Program-made: the position numbers and the translations under genes
In this document: one piece after another, positions 13,232-26,649 of the stretch
Numbering within the stretch: the stretch's first letter is position 1
How the letters are laid out: each line of letters starts with the position of its first letter
Assembly: GCF_006345805.1 (NCBI RefSeq)
Contig: NC_043004.1
Coordinates: 56,606,001 to 56,670,000 of the forward strand
From: Octopus sinensis
Taxonomy: Eukaryota
Reading direction: 5' to 3'
Length of the DNA stretch: 64,000 nucleotides
Notes under the pieces: model-generated
What the model was told of the DNA's origin: nothing
Seen by the model: the letters and a program-made list of their open reading frames with translations, nothing else
Databases searched by the model: none

Positions 13232-13690
13232 TAAGGCGGCGAGCTGGCAGAAACGTTAGCACGCCGGACGAAACGCTTAGCGGCATTTCGTCTGCCATTA
13301 AGTTCTGAGTTCAAATTCCGCCGAGGTCGACTTTGCCTTTCATCCTTTCGGGGTCGATTAAATAAGTACCAGTTACGCACTGGGGTCGATATAATCGACT
13401 TAATCCGTTTGCCTGTCCTTGTTTGTCCTCTCTTTGTTTAGCCCCTTGTGGGTAGTAAAGAAATAGAAATAGGTATTTCGTCTGTCTTTACGTTCTGAGT
13501 TCCAATTCCACCGAGGTCGACTTTGCCTTTCATCTTTTCAGGGTAAATAAATTAAGTACCAGTTGGTACTTAATTTATTATCTTAATTTATTATCTTCAT
13601 TTATTATTTAGATCGTACTGGGGTCGATCTGATCGACTGGCCCCCTCTTCCAAAATTTCCGGCCTTGTGCCTAGAGTAGAACAGAATAGA
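13232..13690 (+). mobile_element. tRNA-derived composite SINE with internally duplicated central domain
   Basis: ggcggcgagctggcagaaacgttagc head; gttctgagttc.aattcc.ccgaggtcgactttgcctttcatc...aagtaccagtt...ctggggtcgat present twice. Confidence 0.85.
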
Positions 13691-13991
13691 GTAAACTTTT
13701 GATCTAAATTATTCCTTTTCATAAAGGTGACAGCGTGTGACATACATAGAAACAAACACTGATTTCATTAATTATCGCCTGTCTGCTACGATTTGGATTT
13801 GTAATCTGATTGGAAGCATGCTTGTGTGTATACTTGAATGACGGCTGTATCCCACTGTTTCTCCATATTTGTTCATTGCACAACTTTGTTCTCCCTTTCC
13901 CCGATATCAGCCACTTCCCTATGTCACCTCATTTCCCTCGCACTAACACTCCTTCGCTTTTAAACTTGGTACTTGTTCCTTTGGTTACTTA

Positions 13992-14280
13992 AACCAGACC
14001 GCTAAGTCACGGGGACGTGAACACACCAACGTGGGTTGTCAAGCGGCAATGAGAGACTCCACACACACACACACACGCACGCACACACGCACGCACGCAC
14101 GCGCGCACTCGTACCCGACGGTCTTTTCAGTTTCAGTCTAACAGACCTTCTCATAAACCTTGCTCAACCTGTGAATATTACAGAGAAAAGTTGCCCAAGG
14201 ACTCACTCAACAGCTGTGAACCGGGAACCATAAGGCTGGGAAACAAATAGCTTACCTCACAAACACACCTGCGCCTATTA
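13992..14280 (-). mobile_element. Old SINE of the 530-944 family
   Basis: ccgctaagtcacggggacg, ttgtcaagcg, cagtttcagtcta and gcccaagg are reverse complements of family motifs. Confidence 0.65.
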
Positions 14281-14823
14281 CAGATATGTACATATAGATG
14301 TGTAAGGCGAGGCCGGTTTCGATGAACTTTTAACTCAAAACATATACAGTATGAAGCATCAATAGGTATTTTGGCCACCGTGGTAACGATCCTGCTTCCT
14401 CGCCGCCTTCTGTATCAATATACATGGTAATGATGGCTCATTGCGAAACAAATGCAAAAAAAATACGATGTGACTTTAATTTGCTTTACGTAACATGTTG
14501 AAATCTCATCTACGTTTATTCTGACTTATATAAATCAAGCCTAGATGATCAAGTAGCAATTAAGTTCTTCTATCGATCAAACTGACTATCCCTGACTTCT
14601 GCTATAGAGACTCATTTCCGGGACGATGACTTCAGACTGACTTTTCCTCTCTAATAAATAAATTTAGATATCGGCAGATGGAGTATGATATAATAAGAAC
14701 CTCTTATACACCAGGACACTTAAATTATGTCGCAGGAGAGACGGTGTTCGATGGTTTCAAACGCCAAAATACGCAGATGCACACCGCCAGACACATATGG
14801 GCAAAAGAATAATCACATCCTGA

Positions 14824-14888
<65 letters not shown>

Positions 14889-15112
14889 CAATATATAGAT
14901 ATATAAATGAATATATAGGTGTAGACGAATATATATATACACAAATAGAGATAGGGGTTGTAAATGCAACCCTCCATGGGATAACATATATCCAATATAC
15001 TGCTAGTGAAGTACCCAACAAAGTTAATACATAAATGTTAAGGATTGCGATGCAATCAATTCATTTACTGTATTATATGGGCAAAGGTAAAATGATTTAC
15101 CACAAATTACTA

Positions 15113-15744
15113 ATACAAGATAAGAAAATGGAGAAATACATCTAAATCAAATATCAATTACCAGATAATACTCAATCACATACTTTATTAAACCACCACA
15201 TAAGAGACTGTAGGGTTAGATATAAAAAGCAGAACAAATCAGTGTACATAAAGGAACGTACATAAAAAAAGTGTACATAAAAGAGTAATGTTGTATAATA
15301 AGTAGAATATATATAAAAGAGAATATAAATATAATTAAATATAAATATAAGTATAGATTACATCTTACAGCTGTTTCGGCCATGTAGATAAGTATTTCTC
15401 ATTTTACCAATATTAGCCTTATTGACCTACCATATAAGGCTAATATTGGTAAAATGAGAAATACTTATCTACATGGCCGAAACAGCTGTAAGATGTAATC
15501 TATACTTATATTTATATTTAATTATATTTATATTCTCTTTTTTATATATATTCTACTTATTATACAACATTACTCTTTTATGTACACTTTTTTATGTACG
15601 TTCCTTTATGTACACTGATTTGTTCTGCTTTTTATATCTAACCCTACAGTCTCTTATGTGGTGGTTTAATAAAGTATGTGATTGAGTATTATCTGGTAAT
15701 TGATATTTGATTTAGATGTATTTCTCCATTGTCTTATTTTGTAT
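15113..15744. repeat. ~630-bp near-perfect palindrome (~310-bp arms, 11-nt spacer) built from a PLE-type terminal repeat
   Basis: 15113-15422 is the reverse complement of 15434-15744 with few differences; spacer tgacctaccat; each arm carries the hammerhead 3' half ggcc GAAA cagctg TA agatg. Confidence 0.9.
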
Positions 15745-16321
15745 ATACACAAATATATATCTCTCTCTCTATACATATTTATATATGTGTATGTATACAT
15801 ATGCCTTACATATGTATACATATATCTACATATACATATATATGTATAAATGTATTATGTATATATATATATATATATTATATATATATATATATATACA
15901 CGTATACATATGTAAGGCATTTGAGATCTACTTTGTTTTTCATCCTTTCGGGAACGAGAAAACGAATATAAGTTGAAAACTGCGGTGTATGTAATCGACT
16001 TACACCCCATCCCACCCCACCCCACAAATTAAAATGTAGAAGATGAATAAGTAGAGTTAATATGATTTATTTACTGTAAGTGTAAGTGAATATGTTGGAG
16101 TTTCGCACTTAATAAATTACATTATCGATACTTCTCCATTTTCTGGATTTTAGGTTGAATATTTATAAACAAAGGTTTATAGTTAAACCTTTCACTTTAG
16201 GAATATTACTATTTACAACAAAATAATAGGTAACAAACTACTAATTCATTGGATATACGCCACACCTTATGGTGGTTGTTTTAACCTCTCTCTTTCTGTG
16301 TGTGTGTATATATATATATAC

Positions 16322-16377
<56 letters not shown>

Positions 16378-16851
16378 CCATACATATATATTCCTGTATG
16401 TTCATATATACATTTGTACGTATATATATACTATGAGAATGTTACCATCCTGATAACATTTTTATTTATCCACAATCCTTATACGTCCTATCTGATTACA
16501 AATCTGCTGTCTATTTTTCAATTATAGGTACTTAAATATAAAATTATATACTTGTGCCCTTTCGATTTATATTTGTAGACCTTGTCGTATCAGAGAAGTT
16601 GCAACCACTATTCAATGCTGAAATTACAAGTTATTCTGTTTCCTGAATAATGATGTCAAAATATAAACGAACAAAAGTTTCCCATATTAGGAAAATTCTC
16701 ACTAATACACAGAAGCGTGAACACGTATATACAGGTACTCCAGTTTAAACACTTAGGTGTATATACATAATAACGCACCCACTAAAATTGACACACATAC
16801 GCACATACACAGACACGCGCACACACATATATATACTTACATATGTGTGTC

Positions 16852-16915
<64 letters not shown>

Positions 16916-16969
16916 CACACACATATATATTATATATATACATATATGTATATAAGTACATATATATGT

Positions 16970-17042
<73 letters not shown>

Positions 17043-18658
17043 TTGACAGTTAGACATATAGGTAAATAGATTCATAAATATATATGTATATATATATATA
17101 AAGCGAGAGATCGATAGATAGATTGATGCGTATGTATGTGTATTATATACCGTTGTACATGAATATTCATATGTGGTTAGACAGCTATACATTTTCATAG
17201 ATGCCAACTAATGCAAATATGCATTCACACATTTGTAAAAGTAATTATATTTATATTGTCGTCTTCATATAATCTCGAAAAGATGCGATGTCATTGTGGA
17301 AAGTAGAAATGAGAAAATTGGATGGATAGTGAGACTGAAATGAGATATGAAAGGAAGATATCTTAAATGTAAGACGAACAGATCGATTGATCATTTCCGG
17401 GGCAGGTGTTGACTTCATATAGGTGAAATTTGTCTTGATTAGATGTATCACATCGACAATTACGTGGGTATTTATTGTATTAGTTCGTGTGTCTACTTCA
17501 GATATTTCCAGCCATTTATGCAGAGCTGGGTGGCAAGTTGCCAGAATCGTTACTCCGCCGGATAAAATTATTAGTAGCATTTCTTCCGACTATTTATGTT
17601 CTGAGTTCATATGCCGACGCTGTCGACTCTGCTACTCTACATTTCGGTATTGAGAAAATAAGCCTCATTTGGGAAGTGGGGTCGATGTATAAAACTTCGC
17701 TCTCCCGCAAAAGTTTTGTGGAAATTAGAAAGTGTTATTTCTTAAATCTTCGAAATTAAGGTTGCCTCATTGTTTGGAATTCTTCAACCACTACTGGAAG
17801 TGGGCTAGATACTACGTCTCTGTTTCACTTTCGCGTCACTTTCGCCAAATCAGCCAAATTAGTTGCAGATTGAAAACGACCTCTTTCACAAACGCTCTTA
17901 GGGTTCGTTATTCATATCTGGTGGAATAATTTTAACTCTTACTTTTCACGTTTGAATGTATATAATATATACGGCTACTCCATGAGACTTTTATAAGATA
18001 TTTTGCTCGTTTTAAAAAATCGTCTTCGTTGAAAATCTGAATTTTTATTTCATCAAACAATGGCTGTTGTTTTTCCACCTTATTTGCTACGTCATTCCTG
18101 ATAACAAGTGGAATAATGTCAACTAATAAGTAAACAATCTTAAACTTGATGATCCTGAGAAGGCAGCCTGTTCGCAGATCATAAAAAATTACTACTTATT
18201 TAGTTGTGACTAAATTTATTTTATATCGACTCACCATAGCAATTGCTCCATCGATGATTTAATTACAATTTAATTAGCTGTGTATTCCACTTACATGTAT
18301 TCCGTTATCATCCACATACAATGATACACCATGATCCGTAACACTTTGCAGAAATAGAGTGCATTCACATAATAATTGAAGTTTCGTCTTCGCAACAACT
18401 ACAGACATTCAATAACAGTCTAAAAATAGACAGTCACTAGGTATTGATAATATTTTCCAAGAGGAGTTAAACATCTTTAACGTGAAGCATTGATATAGCC
18501 CGTTAGCAAATGTCTCTTCTTACATGAAAAATGTAATATTCAGTCCCCCCACCCCCCATAAACCCCCCCATAGGGACTGTTTTCAAACTGCAAAACCATG
18601 ACCAGTGTTTCTTATACATAGGATATCTCGTAATCATTAACAGCATGCAGAAACTTAC

Positions 18659-18738
18659 CTGTTGTTTAACTGTACCTTTTCAAAATCGACTCGAATTCCT
18701 ACTTCGAATGTCAAGTATAAACTAACGGCTTCAACCCA
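18659..18738 (-). CDS. Candidate 80-nt host exon (WVEAVSLYLTFEVGIRVDFEKVQLNN), product unknown
   Basis: strong acceptor ccttttttattttcag, donor AG|gtaagt, exactly one open frame; no recognisable homology. Confidence 0.25.
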
Positions 18739-18824
18739 CTGAAAATAAAAAAGGCTGACTTTAAAATATAAGAAATTGCAGGAATAACTTTTCGTGGCCA
18801 CAACACAGATGACAAGGTGACCAA

Positions 18825-19262
18825 TACAGTTCTATATTTAAGAGATGACGAATTTTGTGTATTGTTCACAATTGACGGATATTTGTCCTCATCTTGTTTT
18901 TTATTAACTCAACATTTCGGCCCTATACACCCTCCAGCCTTCATCAGGTGTCTTGGGGAAATTTCGAACCTGGGTACTCATTCCTAAGGTACTTTTCAAT
19001 GTTGTTGTTGTTGTAATTATTATTCATGTTACTGCCTGGAATCGAACTAGGAACATTGGGGATAGTAGCCTGAGCTCGTAACCACTATGATATATGCCCG
19101 TGGGCAATTATGGAATGAATTTTAGGACTTTTAAATCTAATATTCTCTTATCCTTCCTTAATAGGTGTTCCTATATGCTGTTCATATCTGCACTTGATCT
19201 GCTTAGGAGGTTGTTGTGTCCTAGCATATGTGCTGCTTCTTTTAGTCTTCGTATTATTCGTC
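18825..19262 (-). mobile_element. PLE 3' remnant: end of GIY-YIG, tRNA-like segment, hammerhead
   Basis: RIIRRLKEAAHMLGHNNLLSR at 19200-19262; tRNA-like 19032-19105; gacac CTGATGA a ggc...gcc GAAA tg TT gagtt at 18906-18952. Confidence 0.65.
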
Positions 19263-19706
19263 AATTATAAATAATGCAAATAAGATGATTAATATTTTAG
19301 AAGAAGCGTCACAATTAAACAACTAATGTAGCATTCATAGAACGGTGAATTCATACATTTATTTTTCATGGTGAGTAACTAACTCACAAAAGGTCTGCAT
19401 TACCATATACAGTATATCTGATGTTATTTAGTATCTATTTATGACTGCATGTCTCTCTATACCATATGTATATACATATGTCATTTCATATATATGTATA
19501 CGCCTATATCTATCTATCTTCCCCTTTTTTTCCTCTTTTTTCTTCCTTTTTCATTTTTCTTTTCTTTTGGTCCATTTCCCTTTTTTTCCCTTTTACGATC
19601 CCTTTTGATCGAAAACCTACGCCACCTTTTTTTTTCCCCAAAAGAAAAGCTCTACCTTGTAACTTGTCCCATCTGTGTGCAGCCCTGTGTGGCTAATAAA
19701 AGAAAG

Positions 19707-19741
<35 letters not shown>

Positions 19742-19881
19742 GTTAGATAAATAAATAATATATGTACTCGTATTACACACACGTGTGTTCAAGTAGTTTA
19801 CTTGTATAAGTTTACAAAACGCACATTCAGCTTCACTGCACATTTACACCCTATGATTAAATCGCACAGTTCTCTCGGCAG

Positions 19882-19998
19882 GAGCAACGCGAGAATTGTC
19901 CGAATACTTTCAGATGGTTAACGTCGACATAGTAACAGGCCCTACCTCATCCTGCGGAGAGAGGAAGCTGCTTAAAGCTGAATATAATCTAATTAAGT
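19882..19998 (+). CDS. Candidate 117-nt phase-1/1 exon (ATRELSEYFQMVNVDIVTGPTSSCGERKLLKAEYNLIK), product unknown
   Basis: acceptor ttctctcggcag, donor gtaagc, open frame; opposite strand to the 18659 candidate, so at most one may be real unless genes overlap. Confidence 0.2.
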
Positions 19999-20187
19999 GT
20001 AAGCACGAGAACGTATTCACATTTTCTCCATTCACACGTTGCTGTCTCATGTCTTTAAATATTTAGTACACGCTGGCAGCGAATGTTTTGATTTGCGAAA
20101 GAGTCAAATTTCCACCTGTCGTTCATCGTATTTTTTCTCATATATATCCATAAATATACCTGTCTAACGATAATGTAGAGTCTGTAA

Positions 20188-20201
20188 TATATATATAAAG
20201 T

Positions 20202-20235
<34 letters not shown>

Positions 20236-20242
20236 AAAGATG

Positions 20243-20295
<53 letters not shown>

Positions 20296-20314
20296 ATGAT
20301 ATATATATATAAAG

Positions 20315-20353
<39 letters not shown>

Positions 20354-20570
20354 ATATATATATATATATATAAAGATGATATATATATATATAAAGATGA
20401 TATATATGTATATATAAAGATATATATATATATATAAAGATAAATATATATATATATATAAGATGATATATATGTATATATAAAGATATATATATATAAA
20501 GATAAATATATATATATATATATAAAGATGATATATATGTATATATAAAGATATATATATATATATAAAG

Positions 20571-20630
<60 letters not shown>

Positions 20631-20660
20631 ACATATACACATACATATATAAATAAATAT
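20188..20660. repeat. Compound (TA)n array punctuated by recurring AAAGAT(GA) units
   Basis: tataaagatgatatata / tataaagatatata repeated more than 10 times. Confidence 0.9.
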
Positions 20661-20769
20661 ATATATAAAACAAAAGTTCACTCTACATTATCGTACATAC
20701 CTGTGTGTCTATGTGTGTGTGTGTGTGAGTGTATGCGTGTGTACATGTGTGTGTGTGCGTGTGTGTGTG

Positions 20770-21045
20770 TGGTGGCGTGTGGCATAGTACTTAGGGCGTC
20801 AGAATCATAATTCTAAGATTGTGGTTTCGATTCACGGACCGGGATGTGTGTTGTTTTTTGAGCAAATCACTTCATTTCACTTTGCTCCAGCCCACTGAGA
20901 TGCAAATGCCTAACCCTGTGACGGAATAGTTTTCAGGTCAGGGTGAGTGATGCCTTTTTCCCTAGCCAGCGGGGAGGCATCATTCGAAGGTTAAAATGAT
21001 GCGAAGGACATTGTGACCAGCGATGTATGACAACATCCTATGCCG
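20770..21045 (+). mobile_element. Old tRNA-derived SINE
   Basis: gtggcatagtacttagggcgtcag...gtggtttcgattcacggaccggg head; 3' part similar to 5825-5890. Confidence 0.65.
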
Positions 21046-22380
21046 AAGAGACTAAACATTTCTACAAACAGTTTGAGACCAAGAACCGCTTTTCTGAAAG
21101 CTTTAGTAGCAGAACCACTTCGCTAATCGTTCAAATGCAGTGGTTTCAAGTAGTCAGACATTAACAAACCATAGTTGACACTCATTGTAATTGGATGATT
21201 AATAAATCTCGTTCATGTTGAGTTGACTGCATCACATGATGAAGACAATATCTGAACATGTGAAAAGTGTTCTAGCTTCTGTAGAATATATTGGAAAATA
21301 CTGAATCTTAATATTTTTGATGCAAAATATGTGTATATCTGTAGTTTGAAATGAACTTTTAACAAAGTTTCACTCAACTTGTGGTGGGATTACATAGAAA
21401 TACGTATCTTACGCTGGTGTCAGCAGTATGAATTTTCAGTCTCTCTTTGTGCTGTAATAATATATGAAATTTTTATAGAGTGGTATACAGTCATGTCAAA
21501 TAGGTAGATGCTTTATAGAATAAACTCCAGGTTATACAGTGCAGAATATTTTCAGTTGTGTAAATGCCCAGGCAAAACAGGACAGGGAGGGGGAGTTTTT
21601 CTAGTCGACCTGAAAAAAGATGTATTTTGTTAGAGTAGCTTCTGTCTAAGTCGGAGCTTGATGTCTCGTAGAATTCCTTGGAACAAAATCAGGTCGAATT
21701 AGGGGCATCATATAAACCAAATTACAATGCGAATTGCATTACAACAGTTGCACGCGAATATCGTGGTTCCTTGGCTATTTAGAAGCATACTTTTACAGAA
21801 AGTGTTATGTTATAGAGGAAGGAAGTGATGCTGTTCTGGTGTATGTTTGGAAAAACGTAGTATAAACTCAGAAGGGAAACATTGATTCGTCCTAGATGTT
21901 CACATGTTTAACGTTTGACCTCGCCGCAAACACTAAATTTTTACAAAAAACATTCCTTGCTAACGTTTCATTATAATCAGTTATGACACTTTAAACTACA
22001 TCTGAATGTAAGTCGGAGATTTTTATTCTACCGTCGGCTGGTAAGTTTCTAATTATAATTCGAGGAAGGACTTAGAATTTATATGAAAATATATTTCTTT
22101 CATCGGTGTTGTCTCGTTAATATTTGCTTCTTCGAGCTTAGCTATTGTAGTTAGATTCGTTGTTATAAGCGTAAAGAAACACATATGACAAAAGAATGTG
22201 GCAGTCCTCTAAAGGACGATATTACAGGGTCTAAAACAACAGTAACATCGTTCTTTAGAGGACTACCACACTCTGTTGACATATAAACATTACGATTCGG
22301 TACTGTTACTCTATATCTCACGCCCAGAGATTTAAAACACGCTATTTCTCTCTCTGTCTCTCCCCTCTCACCCCTCTCTC

Positions 22381-22416
<36 letters not shown>

Positions 22417-23150
22417 TGCATACATACATTTTCTTATGCAGTTCTGGTAATAATATTATTATAAACGTCTTAAACTACGTACTATGGAGATAATGAAATT
22501 GCGTTACTCCTTAAGCAATGACGTGTATGCAGGAGTTTGTTTTCCATGCGCCTGATCAGGCGCATACATCTCCATATATGTACACGCACACACACATATA
22601 TACACAGAATTATATATGTTCATCTATAGTTATACACATATGCATGCGTATATATATACACGCATCCACACATATTAAAACATATATCAGCAAAACCTAT
22701 TAACTAAACATTTCGAAACCATCTGTTTTTTTTTCTTCTTTTGCTTTTTGAGACAGAATAAAGTTAAAAGAAGCTTGTCTTTGCATAAAAGAGACTTAGC
22801 CGCTTGCATGCAAGGCGTCAGCAGTTCAATGCTTTTGTTCAGACTATTACTGTTTCAAATAAATTTCTCAATTTTTCGCTTCAATCTATGTAACAGCCCA
22901 TTTTTGATTTACAACTCGCGTTCCTAGATGGCTGAACATTATCTTCAATAGACCAGGTAATTCTGAATTCCTGAGAACTTGTCTCGCGCATGAACAATAT
23001 TAACTTCGGCACAGCCGTAGCAGATCTTCTATCGGGGCTGACAAATGAATGATTGTTTGTAATAACTAAAGATATTATTTAAATTAATTACTTTTGAAGA
23101 TTGCTTAAGCAGCATGACTTCGCACGTTTTAAGCCTATTATGTTTATAAT

Positions 23151-23418
23151 AATTAATTGTTATCGCCATATTAATATGGTAGTCTTATAGATATAAGACT
23201 AAAGCTGTCGCTGATTAGCTCCTTGAGGCCATCGCCTTAAGCTAGCTATTTGACACACAAACTGCGTCCATTATAACCTTCGAACAAGGGAGGTCAGCCG
23301 CTTCACACTGCCAGTCAAACAGCTACAGACGCGTTTCAGGGTAGTTGCCCTTTATCAGCGACAGCTTTAGTCTTATATCTATAAGACTGCCATATTAATA
23401 TGGCGATAACAATTAATT
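23151..23418. repeat. Fold-back element: 65-bp inverted arms (1 mismatch) enclosing a hammerhead on the - strand
   Basis: arms 23151-23215 and 23354-23418; hammerhead 23321-23366: CTGATAA aggg caacta ccct GAAA cgcg TC tgtagct. Confidence 0.85.
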
Positions 23419-23859
23419 TCCCGTAAAGCTGCCGTAATCTCTTTTAGAGAGACTTAGTAATTTTAATATTTCTATGTTTATAATAATATTACCACGAAAA
23501 CCAGAAAAATTATCAAGAGCCTTGTCTTGAAGCAGCAGGTTTCGCACGCGTTGTCCACATAGGATTTTAAACAGAATAACATGAGAATAAGTGTTTCCTT
23601 CCAACTTATATTTCGTAATCCAAATATTGTTCAGACACTGGTTATTTTAAAAGAAAACCAGGTTCGGTTTACCCGCTGATTATCGAAAACGAGTAAATCT
23701 GAGTTATAGAAATCGGAGTGTGTTAACACAGTTTTGGGCGTCAATGCACGCACAATCCATTGCAATTTGAGACAATCGCCCTGCGTTCTCTCCTGAAATT
23801 TACATCATGGCCTACTCATATCCCTTCAATATCCCACCTGATGATAAAAGCTACTTCAC

Positions 23860-24570
23860 TGTTACATATTAACTTACTTAAAATATACTCTCATTCATTA
23901 TCTACAATGCTCTTCCATGTATCTGGTAGACTTGCAAGGCCCTCTTTTAAAGTTTTACCTGTACGTGATGAAAAACACTCCTCCAGTACTGTTCTGACGA
24001 CCTCTACAGAATTCATATTTTCCCGTCCAAATGATTTTGAAAACTGGAATAAAGGATAATCAGATGGGGCAATGTCTGGTTAATATAGTGCATGGGTCAT
24101 CATTTTCCATTTAAACTGCTCCAGCCTTTGGAATGTCATCCTCGCTGTATGTAGCCGAGCATTATCTTGATGGAAGAACATCTTTCGTCTTGAAACTAAA
24201 AGCGGTCGCTTTTCCTCTAGTGCTGACTTAAGCCTCTCAAGCTGCTTATTGTAGATCTTCTTTGTTATCGTTTGATGTGGGTTTAAATGTTCAAAGTGGA
24301 CTAAACCTTTCATATCACACCAAATAGATAACAACACTATACGTGGGTGAAATCTTACTGTAGCCTGGGGTACCGGTGTTTCTCCTCTCCCAACCCAGAG
24401 TCTTCGGCGCTTGACATTTTTATAGAGAGCCCATTTCTCACCAACAGTCACTCTTCGGTCCAAAAAACATTCGTTCGTGAGACGTGACCACAAAGAAGAG
24501 CACATATTCACTCTCTGCGCGAGATTAGACTCGGAATGTTTGTGAGGAACCCATTGACCCAATTTTCTGG
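23860..24570 (-). mobile_element. mariner transposase remnant (catalytic half)
   Basis: GQWVPH, FLDRRVTVGEKWALYKN, HQDNARLHTA, followed by degraded IAPSDY. Confidence 0.9.
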
Positions 24571-25347
24571 CTTTGCCGATGGCACGCTGGGGTCGATGAA
24601 TGGGAGAATGACCAAGTCCAAGTTCCTCTGCTAGTTCTTCACAGGAAATAAAGGGTGTGGGGGCAAGACTGTGATATACATTGGCACAAGACCGCTTATG
24701 CTCTTCTACAACATCTCAGATTAACATAAATAAAATAAAATAAAAAGGTAAGTAATATCAGCTAAAACGGGTGTAATATTTTTTACAGTTAAGGGGAGAC
24801 AATTTATAGGAGAGGTGTATAATACTGAAAGTTACCTACGAAATATAATGTAGAATCTAACATCCTAAGTAGCCAGCAAAATTCCAAGTGGTGGTAATAC
24901 TAGACAAACAAGTAAAATTCTATACGTTTCTAAGTGTATTCTGCGTCATAGGAATACGAGAGGGCAAAAGTACAAAAACAACAAACATGTAAACGATTAA
25001 AACTTAAATCACTTGCTAATTACTACCTTGGTTACAAAAAACGAGCCCCACTACAGTTTACTAAATGTAACTTAGTATGTATTATATTTTCCTCTTCCCG
25101 TCGTTTATTTTATTTTATTTTATGCATTTGTATTGGCTCTGATGAAGCTTCATGTACTAGATCGAATGTGCTATGAAGAAGGGAATATTATTTTCGGAAT
25201 TTCTTTCATAAGCACCGACTGACATTTTCAGCATAAACGGCCGTAAGAAGTGTCATGTCTTGTTTTGTATTAAAAAATAATCAACCGCAGTTAGTCACTT
25301 TTGTTGATCAAAAGTTTCCTCTATTTTCTGCTTATCTAAATTTCTGG

Positions 25348-25381
<34 letters not shown>

Positions 25382-25496
25382 GTATATATATATAAAGTTA
25401 ATCCAAACAAGAAAACAAAAACGAAAAAACAACAACGCAAGGACGTGGATCAAATAAAGTATTATTGGACGTTCAGGAAAGAAGGGAAGAAGGAGG

Positions 25497-25531
25497 GTTT
25501 GACGTTTCGAGCGGAGCTCTTCGTCGGAAAC
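25497..25531 (-). ncRNA. Minimal hammerhead with U4C core change
   Basis: gttt CCGACGA a gagc tcc gctc GAAA cg TC aaac; stems I and II fully paired. Confidence 0.6.
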
Positions 25532-25594
25532 ATGGGAGAAGGAAAGATCCCGAGAAGGGAAGATGGGGGAAAAAATCGCTTGTGATACAGACGA

Positions 25595-25785
25595 GGTCAC
25601 ATGGCCTTAGAATCCATTCCAAGTGACATCATGGGAGTCCTTATGCCGTCCTTAAACCTTTTTTTGGTTTACACCGCTTATGTTTCCCCTCTGCAGGTTC
25701 GCCATAAAAAAAATTTGCCTAGGTGTGCGTTTATACCTCATTCGAAGAATACAGCCGGACAATCTCATTGGGTTTTTCTGAATCA
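25595..25785 (-). mobile_element. RTE-type LINE C-terminal fragment
   Basis: KFFYGEPAEGKHKR.KPK.RFKDGIR resembles the RTE motif LFYGEL..GKR..G.PKKRFKD. Confidence 0.55.
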
Positions 25786-25837
25786 TTGATTTAATTGAAG
25801 TGATGCTTGCAAGCGAAAAACAGCGTTGTCTAGAGAG

Positions 25838-26238
25838 TGTGTGGCTATGTGGTAAGTAGCTTGCTTACCATCCGCATAATATCTGATCCAGTTCCAGTGC
25901 GTAGCACCTTGGGCAAGTGTCTTCTACTATAGCCTCTGGCCGACCAAAGCCTTGTCAGTGTGAGTAGATTTGGTAGATGGAAACTGAAAGAAGCCCGTCG
26001 TATATATATATATGCATGTATGTATATGTATATATATATATATATGTATGTGTCTCTGTTTATGCCCTCCCTCATCGCTTGACAACTGATCTGTGTGTTT
26101 ACGTTCCCGTAACTTAGCGGTTCGGCAAAATATAGAAAAAGTACTAGGCTTACAAAGAATAAGTCCTGCAGTCGATTTGTTCGATTAAAGGCGGTGCTCC
26201 AGCATGGCCACACTCAAATGACTGAAACAAATAAAAGA
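25838..26238 (+). mobile_element. SINE of the 530-944 family
   Basis: collinear with 535-930 including the tail aaggcggtgctccagcatggcc...aaatgactgaaac. Confidence 0.85.
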
Positions 26239-26598
26239 ATATTTGTGTGCAAATACCCCAAATTTGTCTTTATTTATTTATTTATTTATATTTAATGATA
26301 TGTATTTATTTAATGAACGACGTAAGTGGCTAGCCATTTGCAAAATGTGAATTATCCACGTGACATTTTAATTGTTTTTATAATTTGTTCTAGAAATCTT
26401 CAGGGAAATATTATTATCACACGTTACATAAATCCATAACACTTCAATCAGTAACTAGTTTGATAAGTGCCAACGCACGAAACTCTCCGCCTACGAACCA
26501 TTCTGTTGCTTGTGTTAAATATTAATAAAAATACACATGTAATCATATTTTGAGTTCTATATTTCCCGTTTGCATAATCAAACATATAAATATATATA

Positions 26599-26642
<44 letters not shown>

Positions 26643-26649
26643 GTATGTT

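Noticed and set aside
18525-18590. Gly-rich mini exon adjacent to the 18659 candidate
   Set aside because: The frame depends on homopolymer G counts, and the segment is also a CAGTCCC/GGGACTG hairpin.
25137-25175. CTGATGA...GAAT as a hammerhead
   Set aside because: Stem II barely pairs and GAAA is absent; could be an old copy but is unsupported.
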